From an uncultured Planctomycetaceae bacterium (GTDB taxonomy: Bacteria; Planctomycetota; Planctomycetia; Planctomycetales; Planctomycetaceae): a DNA stretch of 64,000 nucleotides. The stretch spans positions 20,718-84,717 of the forward strand of contig CAWFGE010000001.1 in the NCBI GenBank assembly GCA_963815195.1, read 5' to 3'. Shown here piece by piece: positions 1 to 11,910 of the stretch. The notes beneath the pieces were generated by a model. It was not told the DNA's origin. It did no database searches and saw only the letters and a program-made list of their open reading frames with translations. Each line of letters begins with the position of its first letter. The stretch's first letter is position 1. Made by a program: the position numbers and the translations under genes.

Positions 1-369
1 CACGGGCTGGAAGTCGGCCAGAAGCTGGGCGTCGGGCACATGGCGGAGATCGGCTTCGTCGATGTCATCGGCACGTCCAAAGGCCGGGGCACGGCGGGCG
101 TGATGAAGCGGCACAACTTCAGCGGCCAGCGGGCCAGCCACGGCGTCAAGCGGGTGCACCGGCATGGCGGTTCCATCGGGATGAGTGCCGACCCCTCGCG
201 CGTCCTCAAGGGAACCCGTATGTCCGGCCGGTACGGAAACAGCCGCATCACCGTCCGCAACCTGAAAGTCGTGCGGGTTGACGAGGAAAACAACATGCTC
301 CTTGTCAAAGGGGCCATTCCCGGCCCCAACGGCGGATACGTGATGATCCGCAAAACGAACAAACACTAA
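1..369 (+). CDS. rplC: 50S ribosomal protein L3 (5' partial)
   Basis: [20 protein letters not shown] and [12 protein letters not shown] motifs; frame is open from base 1. Confidence 0.97.
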   Translation, partial: HGLEVGQKLGVGHMAEIGFVDVIGTSKGRGTAGVMKRHNFSGQRASHGVKRVHRHGGSIGMSADPSRVLKGTRMSGRYGNSRITVRNLKVVRVDEENNMLLVKGAIPGPNGGYVMIRKTNKH

Positions 370-371
370 AA

Positions 372-405
372 AGGCGAGCGTGGGACGTAAGCCCCATGAT
401 TCCGG
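372..405. repeat. REP-like palindrome (GGCGAGCGTGGGRCGTMAGCCCCATGAT family)
   Basis: Near-identical copy at about 6433-6465; internal hairpin. Confidence 0.6.
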
Positions 406-456
406 GATAAAAAACAACGCGCATTCGTCAAAGTTTCGTGGAAGAAGTGTGAAAAA

Positions 457-1116
457 ATGGCTTCCTTTGTTGTGTACAATGTGAGCGGTTCCGAGGTCGG
501 CAGCTACGACTTCGACCCCGAGGAACTCGCTTCCTCCATCAATAAACAGTTGCTCCACGATGTGGTCGTGATGTACGAGGCCAACAAACGCGTGGGCACC
601 GCGCGGACCCGCTCGCGCGGCGAGGTCGTCGGGAGCACGAAAAAGCTCTACCGTCAAAAAGGAACGGGCCGAGCCCGGGCCGGGGCTCGCCGCACGCCGG
701 TCCGCCGAGGCGGCGGCCACGCATTCGCGAAACGTCCGCGGGACTTCAGCTACCGCCTGCCCAAAAAGGCGGTCCGCCTCGCGACGCGAATGGCCCTGCG
801 AAGCAAATTCGACGACAGCCAGGTCATCATTCTGGACGGTCTCCATATCGGCGAAATCAAAACCAAGCCCATCGCCCAGATGGTGAAGGCGTTGGGTCTC
901 GCGGGCACGCCGTCGCTGTTGGCGATTCCCGAATATCACCGCGAACTCTGGCTCTCCGCCCGGAACATCGTGGGGCTCCAGGTTTCGCCGGTGTTCGATT
1001 TGAACGCGTACGATTTGCTCCATCAGCATCATTTGATTATCACCAAGGACGCCTTGGACCGGTACCGCGAAGGCCGGCCCGCCCAGGCCGAGGCCGCGGA
1101 AGCCGCTTCCGCGTAA
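457..1116 (+). CDS. rplD: 50S ribosomal protein L4
   Basis: KKLYRQKGTGRARAG motif; position in the S10 operon. Confidence 0.97.
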   Translation: MASFVVYNVSGSEVGSYDFDPEELASSINKQLLHDVVVMYEANKRVGTARTRSRGEVVGSTKKLYRQKGTGRARAGARRTPVRRGGGHAFAKRPRDFSYRLPKKAVRLATRMALRSKFDDSQVIILDGLHIGEIKTKPIAQMVKALGLAGTPSLLAIPEYHRELWLSARNIVGLQVSPVFDLNAYDLLHQHHLIITKDALDRYREGRPAQAEAAEAASA

Positions 1117-1187
1117 ATGTCAAAGATTAAAACATTCAACCGTAGCACGTGGAATCACAGAATCATCCGGTGGCCGAGGTTTGAGTT

Positions 1188-1496
1188 ATGAGTGACGGGG
1201 AAAAATCAAGTCTGGTGCTCGAGCCGTACCAGATTATTCTGCATCCGCTGGTGACGGAAAAGGGCACGCACCTGGCGACGGCGACCAATTCCTACACGTT
1301 CGCCGTCAATCCGCTCGCCACCAAGAAGGACATCAAACGGGCGGTGGAGGCGCTCTGGGACGTCAAGGTCCACAAGGTGCGGACCCAAAACCGCAAGGGC
1401 AAACCCCGCCGGTATAAGTTGGCGACGGGGCACACCAGCGACTGGAAGAAAGCCATCGTACAATTGGACGAAGAAGACCGCATCGCGTTCTTCTAA
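1188..1496 (+). CDS. rplW: 50S ribosomal protein L23
   Basis: PLVTEK and WKKAIV motifs. Confidence 0.96.
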   Translation: MSDGEKSSLVLEPYQIILHPLVTEKGTHLATATNSYTFAVNPLATKKDIKRAVEALWDVKVHKVRTQNRKGKPRRYKLATGHTSDWKKAIVQLDEEDRIAFF

Positions 1497-1508
1497 ACTG
1501 GGCAGCTA

Positions 1509-1739
1509 ATAGCCGCGAAGCGGCGAAAGCCTGTAGCTGCGGGCGTCAGCCCGCAGGACTGAGGCTCGAATAAAAGTTGAAGCCGCGAAGCGGCGCTAGC
1601 AACGAATAACGTTAAAGGAAGAGTTCCTCCATTTTTCTCGAGGAATTGCTGTCGCCGCTACGCGGCTTGTGGTGTCTTCTTAGCATCCGTTCTGCGGGCT
1701 TACGCCCGCAAGCTAAATGCTGCCGCCGGTTCGCGACTA
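1509..1739. repeat. Composite REP/REPIN-like inverted-repeat element
   Basis: AGCCGCGAAGCGGCG twice on the left arm, with reverse complements (CGCCGCTACGCGGCT, CGCCGGTTCGCGACT) on the right; GCGGGCGTCAGCCCGC / GCGGGCTTACGCCCGC hairpins. Confidence 0.75.
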
Positions 1740-1789
1740 AGACACCTCGACGAGATGACACGTCGGATTAATGCGAAGAAAGTGAAACC

Positions 1790-2649
1790 ATGGGGATTAA
1801 AGTTTACAAGCCGACCACGCCGGGCCGTCGAAACGCTTCGGTGAGCGACTTTGCGGACATCACCGACCGCAAAAAGAAGCCGGAGAAATCGCTGCTGATC
1901 CGCGCAAGAAAAAAGGCGGGCGGAACAATCAGGGCAAGATCACGTGCAGGCATCGCGGCGGCGGTCACAAGCGGATGTACCGCATGATCGACTTCAAACG
2001 GAACAAGGACTCGGTCCCGGCCAAGGTCGCCTACATCGAATACGATCCCAACCGCTCCGCGAGGATTGCCCTCCTGCATTATGTGGACGGGGAAAAGCGG
2101 TACATTCTTGCTCCCAAGGGTTTGAAGGCGGGCGATACCGTTGTCAGCGGGAACGAGAACGTGGAGCCGAACGTCGGCAACTGCATGCCTCTCTCAAAAA
2201 TCCCGCCGGGTACGAATATTCACAACATCGAAATGCGGCCGGGCCGGGGCGGGCAGTTGTGCCGGAGTGCCGGGGCGTCCGCCGTGATGAACGCCCGCGA
2301 AGAAAAATGGGCCCAGATCACGTTGCCTTCGGGTGAAGTTCGCCGGCTGCCCAGCGGCTGCCGGGCGACGGTGGGCGAAGTTGGCAATGCGGAACATAAC
2401 AACATCGAACTCGGCAAAGCCGGGCGGAAACGCTGGATGGGCCGTCGGCCGCACGTGCGGGGCACTGCGATGAACCCCGTCGCGCACCCGATGGGCGGCG
2501 GTGAAGGCCGCAACTCCGGGGGCCGGCATCCGTGCAGCCCCACCGGCAAACTCGCCAAAGGCGGCCATACCCGCAAACGCCGGAAAGCCTCCTCGAAGGC
2601 CATCATCCGCCGCCGAAAGTCGCGCCGTTATGGGGTGCTGAAGGTTTGA
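1790..2649 (+). CDS. rplB: 50S ribosomal protein L2 (apparent 1-nt frameshift near 1900)
   Basis: KPTTPGRR in one frame; [13 protein letters not shown] and [18 protein letters not shown] in the next frame. Confidence 0.95.
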
Positions 2650-2690
2650 TCGGTCAGTTCATCTGGCTGTTAAGTTGACAGATAAGTAAA

Positions 2691-2758
2691 TGAGGTTGGA
2701 GGATAGAGGTTAGAAAAAGACAAGAGGGCGAACCTCCAACTTCTAACGTCCATCCTCA
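2691..2758. repeat. Heptamer-periodic inverted repeat (GAGGWTR type)
   Basis: TGAGGTTGGAGGATAGAGGTTAG ... AACCTCCAACTTCTAACGTCCATCCTCA; same family as 7113-7193. Confidence 0.6.
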
Positions 2759-2824
2759 CATAAATAAACAATTCGCCCCCATCAGCGGGGAAGACACTGA
2801 ACAACCAAGACACGAGGAAGCAAA

Positions 2825-3094
2825 ATGGGTCGCTCGAATAAAAAAGGCCCGTATGTGGATGAGGGGCTGTTGCAGAAGGTCGATCGCCTGAACGCCTCCA
2901 ACCGGAAGGAAGCGATCAAGACCTGGTCCCGCAGTTGCACGATTGTGCCGGAATTCATCGGGCATACGTTTCTCGTTCATAACGGCCGCCACCATGTGAA
3001 TGTGTACGTCACCGAAGACATGGTGGCCCATAAGTTGGGGGAGTTCGCTCCCACGCGGACGTTCCGCGGCCACGGTGCGAAAGGAAAGAGGTAG
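2825..3094 (+). CDS. rpsS: 30S ribosomal protein S19
   Basis: IKTWSR, VHNGR and [12 protein letters not shown] motifs. Confidence 0.97.
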   Translation: MGRSNKKGPYVDEGLLQKVDRLNASNRKEAIKTWSRSCTIVPEFIGHTFLVHNGRHHVNVYVTEDMVAHKLGEFAPTRTFRGHGAKGKR

Positions 3095-3098
3095 AGCT

Positions 3099-3440
3099 AT
3101 GGCGGAATTTCGAGCCACGCATCGCTACGCCCGGATCTCGGCGACCAAGGTGCGTCCGTTTGCCGACATGATTCGCGGAAAAACCGCCCAGGAAGCCCTG
3201 GACGCGCTCCGCTACGTCCCCAACCGCGGGGCGAGGTTTTTGGAGAAGGTGCTCAAAAGCGCGATGGCGAACGCCGAGCACCGTAGCGTCCGCAATGTGG
3301 AACAATTGGTGATCAGCGAAGCCCGCGTGGACGGCGGGCCGATGTATAAACGGATTCGGCCCCGGGCCCGCGGGATGGCGTTCCTGGTCCGGCACCGCTC
3401 GGCCCACATCCACGTCGCCGTCAATGCGCCGGGCCATTGA
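3099..3440 (+). CDS. rplV: 50S ribosomal protein L22
   Basis: RISATKVR, LKSAMANAE and RPRARG motifs; ATG at 3099. Confidence 0.96.
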   Translation: MAEFRATHRYARISATKVRPFADMIRGKTAQEALDALRYVPNRGARFLEKVLKSAMANAEHRSVRNVEQLVISEARVDGGPMYKRIRPRARGMAFLVRHRSAHIHVAVNAPGH

Positions 3441-3448
3441 GATTCAAG

Positions 3449-3740
3449 TCGGGTGGGCATCGCCCACCGTAAACGGAATACACTGAAGTCATCGGTGGGC
3501 GATGCCCGCCCTGCATAGGTAACCCAAGCCGACGGCTTTGCCGTCGGTTCCGACGCCAGAGGCGTCGGCTTGGGGGAGTCGAATAGGAAATCGAACCGCC
3601 GAGGTCGAAAATGGTCCCGGTCGGTTGACGGGGGCGGACTCGATCGGCATAATTCCCGATCCCCAAATTTAGTAATCCGTAACCCGAAGCGTCAGCGAGG
3701 GAAACCGTTTTTGTCCCTCCGAAGGCCCTTCGGGTTATCG
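3449..3740. repeat. Cluster of at least three different REP-like hairpin doublets
   Basis: GGTGGGCATCGCCCACC / GGTGGGCGATGCCCGCC; CCCAAGCCGACG..CGTCGGCTTGGG; AACCCGAAGCGTCAGCGAGG..CTTCGGGTT. Confidence 0.7.
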
Positions 3741-3771
3741 CAAAGACAGCATTCAAAAGGAAACCCGTCAC

Positions 3772-4831
<1,060 letters not shown>

Positions 4832-4841
4832 TTGTAAAATC

Positions 4842-4910
4842 AGCCGCAGGGGGGTCCGCCCCGGTTTTTGTGGGCGAAGTGGACGTGAACACCGTTCCGG
4901 CCGACCCCAC
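4842..4910. repeat. Dispersed intergenic repeat
   Basis: AGCCGCAGGGGG..TCCGCCCCGGTTTT..GTGGACGT is shared with about 9848-9930. Confidence 0.5.
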
Positions 4911-4954
4911 TGTTATGAGTGTTATAAGGTATCGTGATACGGGAGTTTTGGCTG

Positions 4955-5155
4955 ATGACCAAGGCGAGCGAGCTGCGGGAAATGTCGGACGAGCAGTTGG
5001 AGTTTTCGCTGAAGGAAACGCAGGACGAGTTGTTCCATCTGCGGTTCCAGGCGGCCACCGAACGGTTGGACGCTCCGAGTAACCTCCGCCGCCTCCGCCG
5101 CGAGATTGCCCGGATCAAGACCCTCCAAACCGAACGGGCGATGAAAGAAGCCTAG
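4955..5155 (+). CDS. rpmC: 50S ribosomal protein L29
   Basis: [15 protein letters not shown] and RREIARIKT motifs. Confidence 0.95.
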   Translation: MTKASELREMSDEQLEFSLKETQDELFHLRFQAATERLDAPSNLRRLRREIARIKTLQTERAMKEA

Positions 5156-5163
5156 GACAGGTC

Positions 5164-5218
5164 GTAGCGGCCGCTTTTGGCCGCCGAATTGAAGCGACGG
5201 CAAGATGCCGCCGCTACG
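5164..5218. repeat. REP-like hairpin doublet
   Basis: CGTAGCGGC ... GCCGCTACG outer stem with internal hairpins. Confidence 0.55.
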
Positions 5219-5313
5219 GGCGTCGGAGAGGGTCGGTCAATGTGGGAAGATGTTTGGTTTCATCCGGTGGGCGGTGCCCACTTTGCTTTTTTGATTGTCG
5301 TGCGGCAGAGATT

Positions 5314-5616
5314 ATGAAGAAAAAACTCACGGGAACCGTCGTCAGCAACAAGATGAACAAGTCGTGCCGGGTGGACATCAAGCGGCTCTACCGCCATCCC
5401 AAGTACGGCAAGATTGTGCATGGGCGGACGGTGTGCCATGTGCACGATGAAAACAACACCTGCCAGGAAGGCGATCTGGTGGAGATCGTCGAATGCCGGC
5501 CCCGCTCGAAAACCAAGCGGTGGGAGCTGGTGCGGGTCGTAAAATCCGCGGCCGCGGCGGCGGGCTTGGAAGAGACCGGCCAGGAAACGCCGGCGGCGGA
5601 GCAAGCGGAAGCTTGA
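5314..5616 (+). CDS. rpsQ: 30S ribosomal protein S17
   Basis: [16 protein letters not shown] and [11 protein letters not shown] motifs. Confidence 0.96.
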   Translation: MKKKLTGTVVSNKMNKSCRVDIKRLYRHPKYGKIVHGRTVCHVHDENNTCQEGDLVEIVECRPRSKTKRWELVRVVKSAAAAAGLEETGQETPAAEQAEA

Positions 5617-5694
5617 ATTCACTGTGTTGGAAGCCATTTGGCATAAAACAAATTGGTGTTTCGCCCGGGTGGCGAGGGTGAAGGACATAAAAAC

Positions 5695-6078
5695 ATGATT
5701 CAGATGCAAACAACGCTCGATGTGGCCGACAATTCGGGGGCGAAAGTCGCCCGGTGCATCAAGGTGCTGGGCGGATCGCGGAAGCGGACGGCCGGTCTGG
5801 GCGACATCGTGGTGGTCAGTATCATCAAAGCCCTGCCGGGCAGCCCTTATACCGATAAGCGCAACAAAGCCGCCCGCGTCACGCGGGGTGTGATCGTCCG
5901 CTGCAAAAAGCCGACCCGCCGGCCCGACGGCAGCTACGTCCGCTTCGACCGCAACGCGATCGTGCTGGTGGACAACGACGGCAATCCGCGGGGCACCCGG
6001 ATTTTCGGCGCGGTCGCCCGGGAACTCCGCGATCGGCGGTTCATGAAAATTATCAGCCTGGCCAGCGAGGTCGTTTAG
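5695..6078 (+). CDS. rplN: 50S ribosomal protein L14
   Basis: [15 protein letters not shown] and [13 protein letters not shown] motifs. Confidence 0.97.
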   Translation: MIQMQTTLDVADNSGAKVARCIKVLGGSRKRTAGLGDIVVVSIIKALPGSPYTDKRNKAARVTRGVIVRCKKPTRRPDGSYVRFDRNAIVLVDNDGNPRGTRIFGAVARELRDRRFMKIISLASEVV

Positions 6079-6080
6079 TT

Positions 6081-6431
6081 ATGAAAATCCATCGAGGCGA
6101 TTCTGTCATTGTAATTTGCGGCAACGATGCCGGCCCCACGCCGCACCGCGTCGTTCAAATCGTGGACGGCGACAAGGTGATGATCGAAGGCGTGAACCGG
6201 GTGCTCAAGCACGTCCGCAAAGGCCATCCGCGGAGTCCGCAGGGCGGCCGGTTGACGCTCGAAAAGCCGATTCATATTTCGAACGTCATGTACTACTGCC
6301 CCAGTTGTGCCAAGGGGACCCGCGTCGGCTACCGCTACGCGGCGGATGGCAGCAAAGAGCGGTTTTGCAAATCCTGCGGAGCCTCCGCGGGAACCATCAG
6401 CCCGCCCCGGGCCAAGTATGCAAAACAATAA
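6081..6431 (+). CDS. rplX: 50S ribosomal protein L24 (with two CxxC motifs)
   Basis: KIHRGD.V.VI.G, IEGVN and PIHISNV motifs; CPSC/CKSC. Confidence 0.95.
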   Translation: MKIHRGDSVIVICGNDAGPTPHRVVQIVDGDKVMIEGVNRVLKHVRKGHPRSPQGGRLTLEKPIHISNVMYYCPSCAKGTRVGYRYAADGSKERFCKSCGASAGTISPPRAKYAKQ

Positions 6432-6519
6432 AATGGCGAGCGTGGGGCGTCAGCCCCATGATCCCGATAAGAAATGCGTTAGCAATCTCAACACCTTATT
6501 AACACAGTCGGTTCGCGTT

Positions 6520-7063
6520 ATGGCTCGGTTACAGGAAGAATTTCAAAGCCGGATTGTCCCGGCCCTCAAACAGCAGCTGGGCCGGGAAAACGCTCACGCG
6601 CTGCCCCGGCTCGAAAAAGTCGTGGTGAGCATGGGCGTGGGGACGGCCATCCAGGACCGCAAGCACCTGGACGAAGCGGTGCAACACCTGCAGCAGCTTC
6701 TCCGGCCAAAAACCCCAAATCTGCCGCTCGAAGCGGGCGGTGTCTTCGTTCCGGCTTCGCGTCGGGATGGAAATCGGCTGCCGGGTAACGCTGCGGGGCC
6801 GGCGGATGTATGAGTTTGTAGATCGGCTGATCACGCTGGCGCTGCCGCGGGTTCGCGACTTTCGCGGCCTGAATCCCGACGCCTTCGACGGCCGGGGCAA
6901 CTACAGCCTGGGCCTTAGCGAACAACTCGTGTTCCCGGAAATCAACGCCGACAAAGTCAGCCACATGCAAGGCATGAACATCACGTTCGTGACCAGCGCC
7001 AAAACGAACGAAGAAGGCGAACTCCTGCTCCGCGAACTCGGCTTGCCCTTGCGTCCGCGGTAG
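6520..7063 (+). CDS. rplE: 50S ribosomal protein L5 (apparent frameshift near 6695)
   Basis: [13 protein letters not shown], then [17 protein letters not shown] and [10 protein letters not shown] in a shifted frame. Confidence 0.95.
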
Positions 7064-7112
7064 TTTGGGGAATCGATCGCCGTCCATTTTTGAATAGTCA
7101 CCCCATAAGAGA

Positions 7113-7193
7113 GTGAGGATAGAAGTTAGAGGATGGAGGTTAGAAAAATGCCAAATCAGAATCTAACCTCGATCCTCCAGCCTCTATCCTCAC
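7113..7193. repeat. Heptamer-periodic inverted repeat at the usual rpsN position
   Basis: GTGAGGATAGAAGTTAGAGGATGGAGGTTAGA pairs with TCTAACCTCGATCCTCCAGCCTCTATCCTCAC. Confidence 0.7.
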
Positions 7194-7261
7194 CATGAAG
7201 TTAATTCGTTCTGAATTGTGAAGAAACTGAGTTAGCAGTTAATCGAAGGAAGCAACGACCG

Positions 7262-7657
7262 ATGATGACCGACCCGATCGCTGATTTGTTGACGCGCATT
7301 CGCAATGCGGTTCGGATCGAGCGTCCGTACGTGGACATCCCGGCGTCCAAAGTCAAAGTGGCCATCGCGGAGACTTTGAAGCGGGAAGGCTACATTTGGG
7401 ACCACGAGATCGTCGAGCAGCCGCCGCAGAACGTCTTGCGGATCAACCTGAAATACGGACCCAACGGTGAAAAAGTCATCCAGCACATCGAGCGGGTGAG
7501 CAAACCGGGCCGCCGGCAATACTGCCAGCACACGGAAATCCCCGAAGTGCTCCAGGGGCTGGGCGTTTGCGTAATGTCCACGAACCAAGGCGTTTTGAGC
7601 AACCGCGAAGCCAAGGCCAAGGGCGTCGGCGGCGAAGTGCTCTGCAGAGTCTGGTAA
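7262..7657 (+). CDS. rpsH: 30S ribosomal protein S8
   Basis: MTDPIADLLTRIRNA, RVSKPGRR and GVGGEVLC motifs. Confidence 0.97.
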   Translation: MMTDPIADLLTRIRNAVRIERPYVDIPASKVKVAIAETLKREGYIWDHEIVEQPPQNVLRINLKYGPNGEKVIQHIERVSKPGRRQYCQHTEIPEVLQGLGVCVMSTNQGVLSNREAKAKGVGGEVLCRVW

Positions 7658-7722
7658 ACTCGGCCGGCGATCGATCGCCCGGCCTTTTGGAATCAAACAG
7701 TTTGGCCTAAGCGAACAGAACC

Positions 7723-8271
7723 ATGTCACGAATCGGAAAACAACCAGTGGTCGTTCCCGACGGGGTGGATGTGACCGTGAATAACGGCACGATCACCATC
7801 AAGGGCAAAAACGGCGAGTTGCCTTTCACCTATCATCAAAAGATGAAGGTGGAATACGACACGGATGCGCGGAAAATCGTGGTCATCCGGCCCGACGACC
7901 TGCGCGAAAGCCGGGCGCTCCACGGCTTGACGCGGAGCCTGATCCAGAACATGGTCGAAGGCGTGGTCAAACCGTTTGAAAAACGGCTGGAAATCCAGGG
8001 GGTGGGCTATAACGCTCAACTCGTGGGGAACACGCTCCGGCTGACCGTCGGGTTTGCGAACACGGTGGAACTGGAAGTGCCCCAGGGCGTGACCTGCGAA
8101 GTGCCCAACCCGACCAACGTCATCGTCAGAAGCGCCGACAAGCAAGCCGTCGGACAGTTCGCCGCGAACATTCGCCGCGTCCGTCCGCCGGAACCGTATA
8201 AAGGCAAGGGCATCCGGTATCAGGGAGAGCACATCCGCCGCAAGGCCGGCAAAGCCTTCGGGGCGAAGTAG
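7723..8271 (+). CDS. rplF: 50S ribosomal protein L6
   Basis: MSRIGKQP and RPPEPYKGKGIRY motifs. Confidence 0.97.
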   Translation: MSRIGKQPVVVPDGVDVTVNNGTITIKGKNGELPFTYHQKMKVEYDTDARKIVVIRPDDLRESRALHGLTRSLIQNMVEGVVKPFEKRLEIQGVGYNAQLVGNTLRLTVGFANTVELEVPQGVTCEVPNPTNVIVRSADKQAVGQFAANIRRVRPPEPYKGKGIRYQGEHIRRKAGKAFGAK

Positions 8272-8300
8272 TCGTTTCAGTTACAACGTGTTTCAAAATC

Positions 8301-8383
8301 TGAGCGGTAGGCGCTAGCCTCCGGTTTCGATCAAATCGATATTCCCAAAGTCAAGACCGGCGGCTACGCGCCGTACCGCTCAC
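8301..8383. repeat. REPIN-like doublet, family B (TGAGCGG..GCGCTAGCC..CCGGCGGCTA..CCGCTCAC)
   Basis: Same arms as the units at 36888-37146 and 49842-49925. Confidence 0.7.
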
Positions 8384-8424
8384 GTTTCCAGATGAATACA
8401 TTATTTTGACATCGGTTCGATCCC

Positions 8425-8796
8425 ATGAGCGTCAATCATCGACTGGCAAAGCGTATTACTCGGCGGCGGTTTCGCGTTCGCAATGGCGTACGGCGTGCGG
8501 CGAACGGCCGGCCTCGGCTGTCCGTGTTCCGCAGCAACAAGCACATTTACGCCCAAATCATCGATGACGCCGAGGGCCGAACGCTGGTCTCGGCGAGTAC
8601 GATGGAAAAAGACGTGGCCGGTGCGGGCAGTTACGGGGGCAACAAGGAATTCGCCGCGAAGATTGGAAAAATCGTGGCCGAACGCGCGATCGAGCAGGGT
8701 ATCAAAGAGGTCGTCTTCGACCGGGGTCCGTATCAATACCACGGCCGAGTCGCGGCGCTCGCCGAAGCCGCCCGCGAAGCGGGATTGCAGTTTTAG
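8425..8796 (+). CDS. rplR: 50S ribosomal protein L18
   Basis: [20 protein letters not shown] and VFDRG..YHGRV motifs. Confidence 0.97.
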   Translation: MSVNHRLAKRITRRRFRVRNGVRRAANGRPRLSVFRSNKHIYAQIIDDAEGRTLVSASTMEKDVAGAGSYGGNKEFAAKIGKIVAERAIEQGIKEVVFDRGPYQYHGRVAALAEAAREAGLQF

Positions 8797-8843
8797 AACC
8801 GAACACCGAAACCTGAAAACTTTCGAGCATTGGAGTCAATCGC

Positions 8844-9320
8844 ATGTCCAGTGACGTGCAGTCAAGTCCCGAAAAGGTCGTCCAGATTCGCCGGTGTGCG
8901 TGCGTGGTCAAGGGCGGCCGGCGGTTTAGTTTCACGGCGCTCGTGGTCGTGGGCAACGGCAACGGCAACGTGGGCTGGGGCTACGGAAAGGCCGTCGAGG
9001 TCCCGCTGGCGGTCGAAAAGGCCACCAAGCAGGCCAACCGCAGCCAGGTCCGCGTGCCGGTGGTGGGAACCACCATCCCGCATCAGGTGACGGGCGTGTT
9101 CCGCTCGTCGAAGGTGCTGCTCTTGCCGGCCAAGCCGGGGACGGGCATCATTGCCGGGGAAGCGGTGCGGTCCGTTGTGGAATCCGCCGGGATCACCGAT
9201 ATTCTCACCAAGAGCTTCGGGTCGAACAATCCGATGAACCTCGTCAAAGCGACCTTTGAAGGGCTCAAGCAGCTGCGGACCCGCGACGACGTGGCCCGGC
9301 TGCGGGGAGTGGAACTCTAA
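8844..9320 (+). CDS. rpsE: 30S ribosomal protein S5
   Basis: [17 protein letters not shown] and [11 protein letters not shown] motifs. Confidence 0.97.
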   Translation: MSSDVQSSPEKVVQIRRCACVVKGGRRFSFTALVVVGNGNGNVGWGYGKAVEVPLAVEKATKQANRSQVRVPVVGTTIPHQVTGVFRSSKVLLLPAKPGTGIIAGEAVRSVVESAGITDILTKSFGSNNPMNLVKATFEGLKQLRTRDDVARLRGVEL

Positions 9321-9793
9321 TGATTATAAACGACGTCCATCAAGGCATTAAAAAAAACAAGCCGCGAAAGCGGATCGGCCGCGGGATCGGTTCGGGGCAC
9401 GGCAAAACGGCCGGCCGGGGCCACAAGGGCTACTACAGCCGGGCGGGGGCCAGCCGCCGCACGGGATTTGAAGGCGGCCAAATGCCCATGGCCCGCCGGA
9501 TTGCGAAGCGGGGCTTCAACAACCGCCAATTCGCCGACGAGGTGGTGATTGTGAATCTGTCCACCCTCGAGCAGAACTTCGAGAACGGGGAAACCGTCAA
9601 CCGGGCGACTCTCGCGGAAAAACGGATCCTCAAAGGCCGGTACGACGTGCTCAAGGTGCTGGGCAAGGGAAAATTGACGAAAAAACTGACCGTGGAAGCC
9701 GACCGATTTTCCAAGTCCGCCAAGGAAGCCATCGCCTCCGCCGGAGGCACCGCCACGGAAGTGGTTCAAGAAACCGAAGAAACGAACGAATAA
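9320..9793 (+). CDS. rplO: 50S ribosomal protein L15
   Basis: [20 protein letters not shown] and GFEGGQMP motifs. Confidence 0.97.
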   Translation: MIINDVHQGIKKNKPRKRIGRGIGSGHGKTAGRGHKGYYSRAGASRRTGFEGGQMPMARRIAKRGFNNRQFADEVVIVNLSTLEQNFENGETVNRATLAEKRILKGRYDVLKVLGKGKLTKKLTVEADRFSKSAKEAIASAGGTATEVVQETEETNE

Positions 9794-10185
9794 GAGGCTC
9801 TCCGAAAACGAGCTCGCCGTCAGAGCAAAACTTTGAGTTGAAGAATTAGCCGCAGGGGGCACCGCCCGCAGGGTGGTCCGCCCCGGTTTTCGTGGACCAA
9901 GTGGACGTTAGTAGGTTCCAGCCGATCCACTTTTGCGAAGGTTGGTGACCCTTGCTTGCGTTTCGAGCGAATTGGAAGAAGCAAGTTTTCAGATAGGTTC
10001 TAATTTCATTTTTTCCAGATAAATCGAGAAATCTGGCGAAAGGGACATCGCCCGAGAGCGAATGGCGAAAGAGTGGTTTCTCTGTTTGTTTCGTCTTCGT
10101 TCCGCGGTGACGGCCATCAAAACCTCCCGGCGTAAAACGTTTCCCGGACCCAAAGCCGCACCTGCCCCCAAGGACTCTGGATGAT

Positions 10186-11584
10186 ATGTTTGGCAAACTG
10201 TTTACTGTTTTCAAAGTTCCCGAGCTGCGTCAGCGAATCCTGCTGACGCTCGGTCTGTTGGCGATCTATCGCATGGGGTTTTCGATCCCGTTGCCGTTCA
10301 TCGATCAGCAGGCGCTCGTGGAACGCATGCAGGACATGACCAAGGGCGGCGAAGGCGGCCTGGGGCAGGTCATGCAGATCGTCGCGCTGTTTTCCGCCTC
10401 GAACATCGGCAACAGCACGATTTTCGGCCTGGGGATCATGCCCTATATCTCGGCCTCGATTATCTTCCAGCTCTTAGGCAGCGTTTATCCGCCGCTGGAA
10501 AAACTCCAAAAGGAAGGCGAAGCCGGCCGGCGGAAAATCAATGAATACACCCGTTTGGCAACCGTCATCATCTGCCTCGGCCAAAGCTGGTTCTGGCTGC
10601 AGGCGCTGAGCGCCGGCTTCGGCACCGGCGGGGGTTTGATCCTGCCCGGATTTGACAACGTGTTCTTCATGCTGGCGGGCACGATTACGATGACCACCGG
10701 CACGATCTTTTTGATGTGGGTCGGGGAGCAGATCGACGCCTACGGCATCGGCAACGGGATCAGCCTGCTCATCATGGCCGGCATCCTGGCCCGCATGCCG
10801 CAACGCCGCGATGGACATGCTCTCGCCCGCCTTCACCCAAGGCGTGAAGTTGGGCAGCGACACCGGCATCGAGCGGTTTCTGCTGTTGGGGTCGCTGTTT
10901 GTGTTTGTCGTGGTCTGGGTAATTGCGATCACCAAAGGCGAACGGCGGATTCCGATCCAGTCAGCCAAGCACGTTCGCGGCCGGCGGGTGATGGGCGGAC
11001 AACGGCAGCACCTCCCGCTCCGCGTGAACCAGGCCGGCGTGATGCCGATCATCTTCGCCTCCAGTCTGTTGATGTTCCCCTACTTTCTGTTCAGCAATCT
11101 CTCGAAATTCTGGCCGCCGGGGATCTATGAAGAAGGGGCGTTCTACTACTATTGGAGCCACATGATCGCGAACATCGACGCCGCGTTTGCCGGCCGCGGT
11201 TATGTTTACAACTTGTGCTACGTCGCCTTGATTTACTTCTTCTGTTACTTCTGGACCGCGATCACCTTCAATCCGAAGGACATGGCGGAGCAGCTCAAGG
11301 ACTACGGCAGTTTCATTCCGGGTTATCGCCCCGGTGACCGGACGGCCGCCTATCTGGAGCAGGTGATGGTCCGCATTACCTATGTGGGGGCGGCGTTTTT
11401 GGCCATCGTGGCGATCATTCCCACGATCGTCGCCACGTCGCTGGGGATCCCGTTCCTCATCGCCAGCTTTTACGGGGGCACCGGGCTGTTGATCGTCGTG
11501 TCGGTCTGCCTGGACCTCGTGCAAAAAATCGACAGTCATTTGACAATGCGAAACTATCCGGGGCTGTTGGATGTGGATAGCTAA
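10186..11584 (+). CDS. secY: Preprotein translocase subunit SecY (apparent frameshift near 10805)
   Basis: LGIMPYISASII and GIGNGISLLI, then NQAGVMPIIFASS, FIPGYRPG and GGTGLLIVV in a shifted frame. Confidence 0.96.
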
Positions 11585-11612
11585 CTCCGGCCCGGTTCAG
11601 GGCTTGGGTTGG

Positions 11613-11642
11613 TTGTCTCCGGCGTGTTGTCATGTGTATAAT
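11613..11642 (+). promoter_or_regulatory. Candidate sigma70-type promoter for rpmJ and the alpha operon
   Basis: TTGTCT-N18-TATAAT, 36 nt upstream of the rpmJ ATG. Confidence 0.45.
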
Positions 11643-11678
11643 TTCCCTCCAGCCCCGCGAACCCCGATAGGTTAAGTC

Positions 11679-11795
11679 ATGAAAGTTCGTTCAAGCGTCA
11701 AGCGGATTTGTGAAAGATGCAAGATCGTCCGTCGTAAAGGGAAGGTCTACGTGATCTGTTCCGCCAATCCGCGCCACAAACAACGCCAAGGCTGA
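11679..11795 (+). CDS. rpmJ: 50S ribosomal protein L36
   Basis: Not in the ORF track; manual translation [38 protein letters not shown]. Confidence 0.97.
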   Translation: MKVRSSVKRICERCKIVRRKGKVYVICSANPRHKQRQG

Positions 11796-11910
11796 TCGCG
11801 CAAACCGGCCCGAAGCGCAAGCGAAGGAAAAATCAAAAATCCCTCGCTTGCGGGCTAGTGAAACACAAAAACACCCAAAGCCATCATTCGCTCGCAGGAG
11901 TTTACGAACC

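Noticed and set aside
9793..11679. Missing rpmD, adk, map, infA and rpsD as a novelty
   Set aside because: Loss or relocation of these genes from the cluster is common in bacteria.
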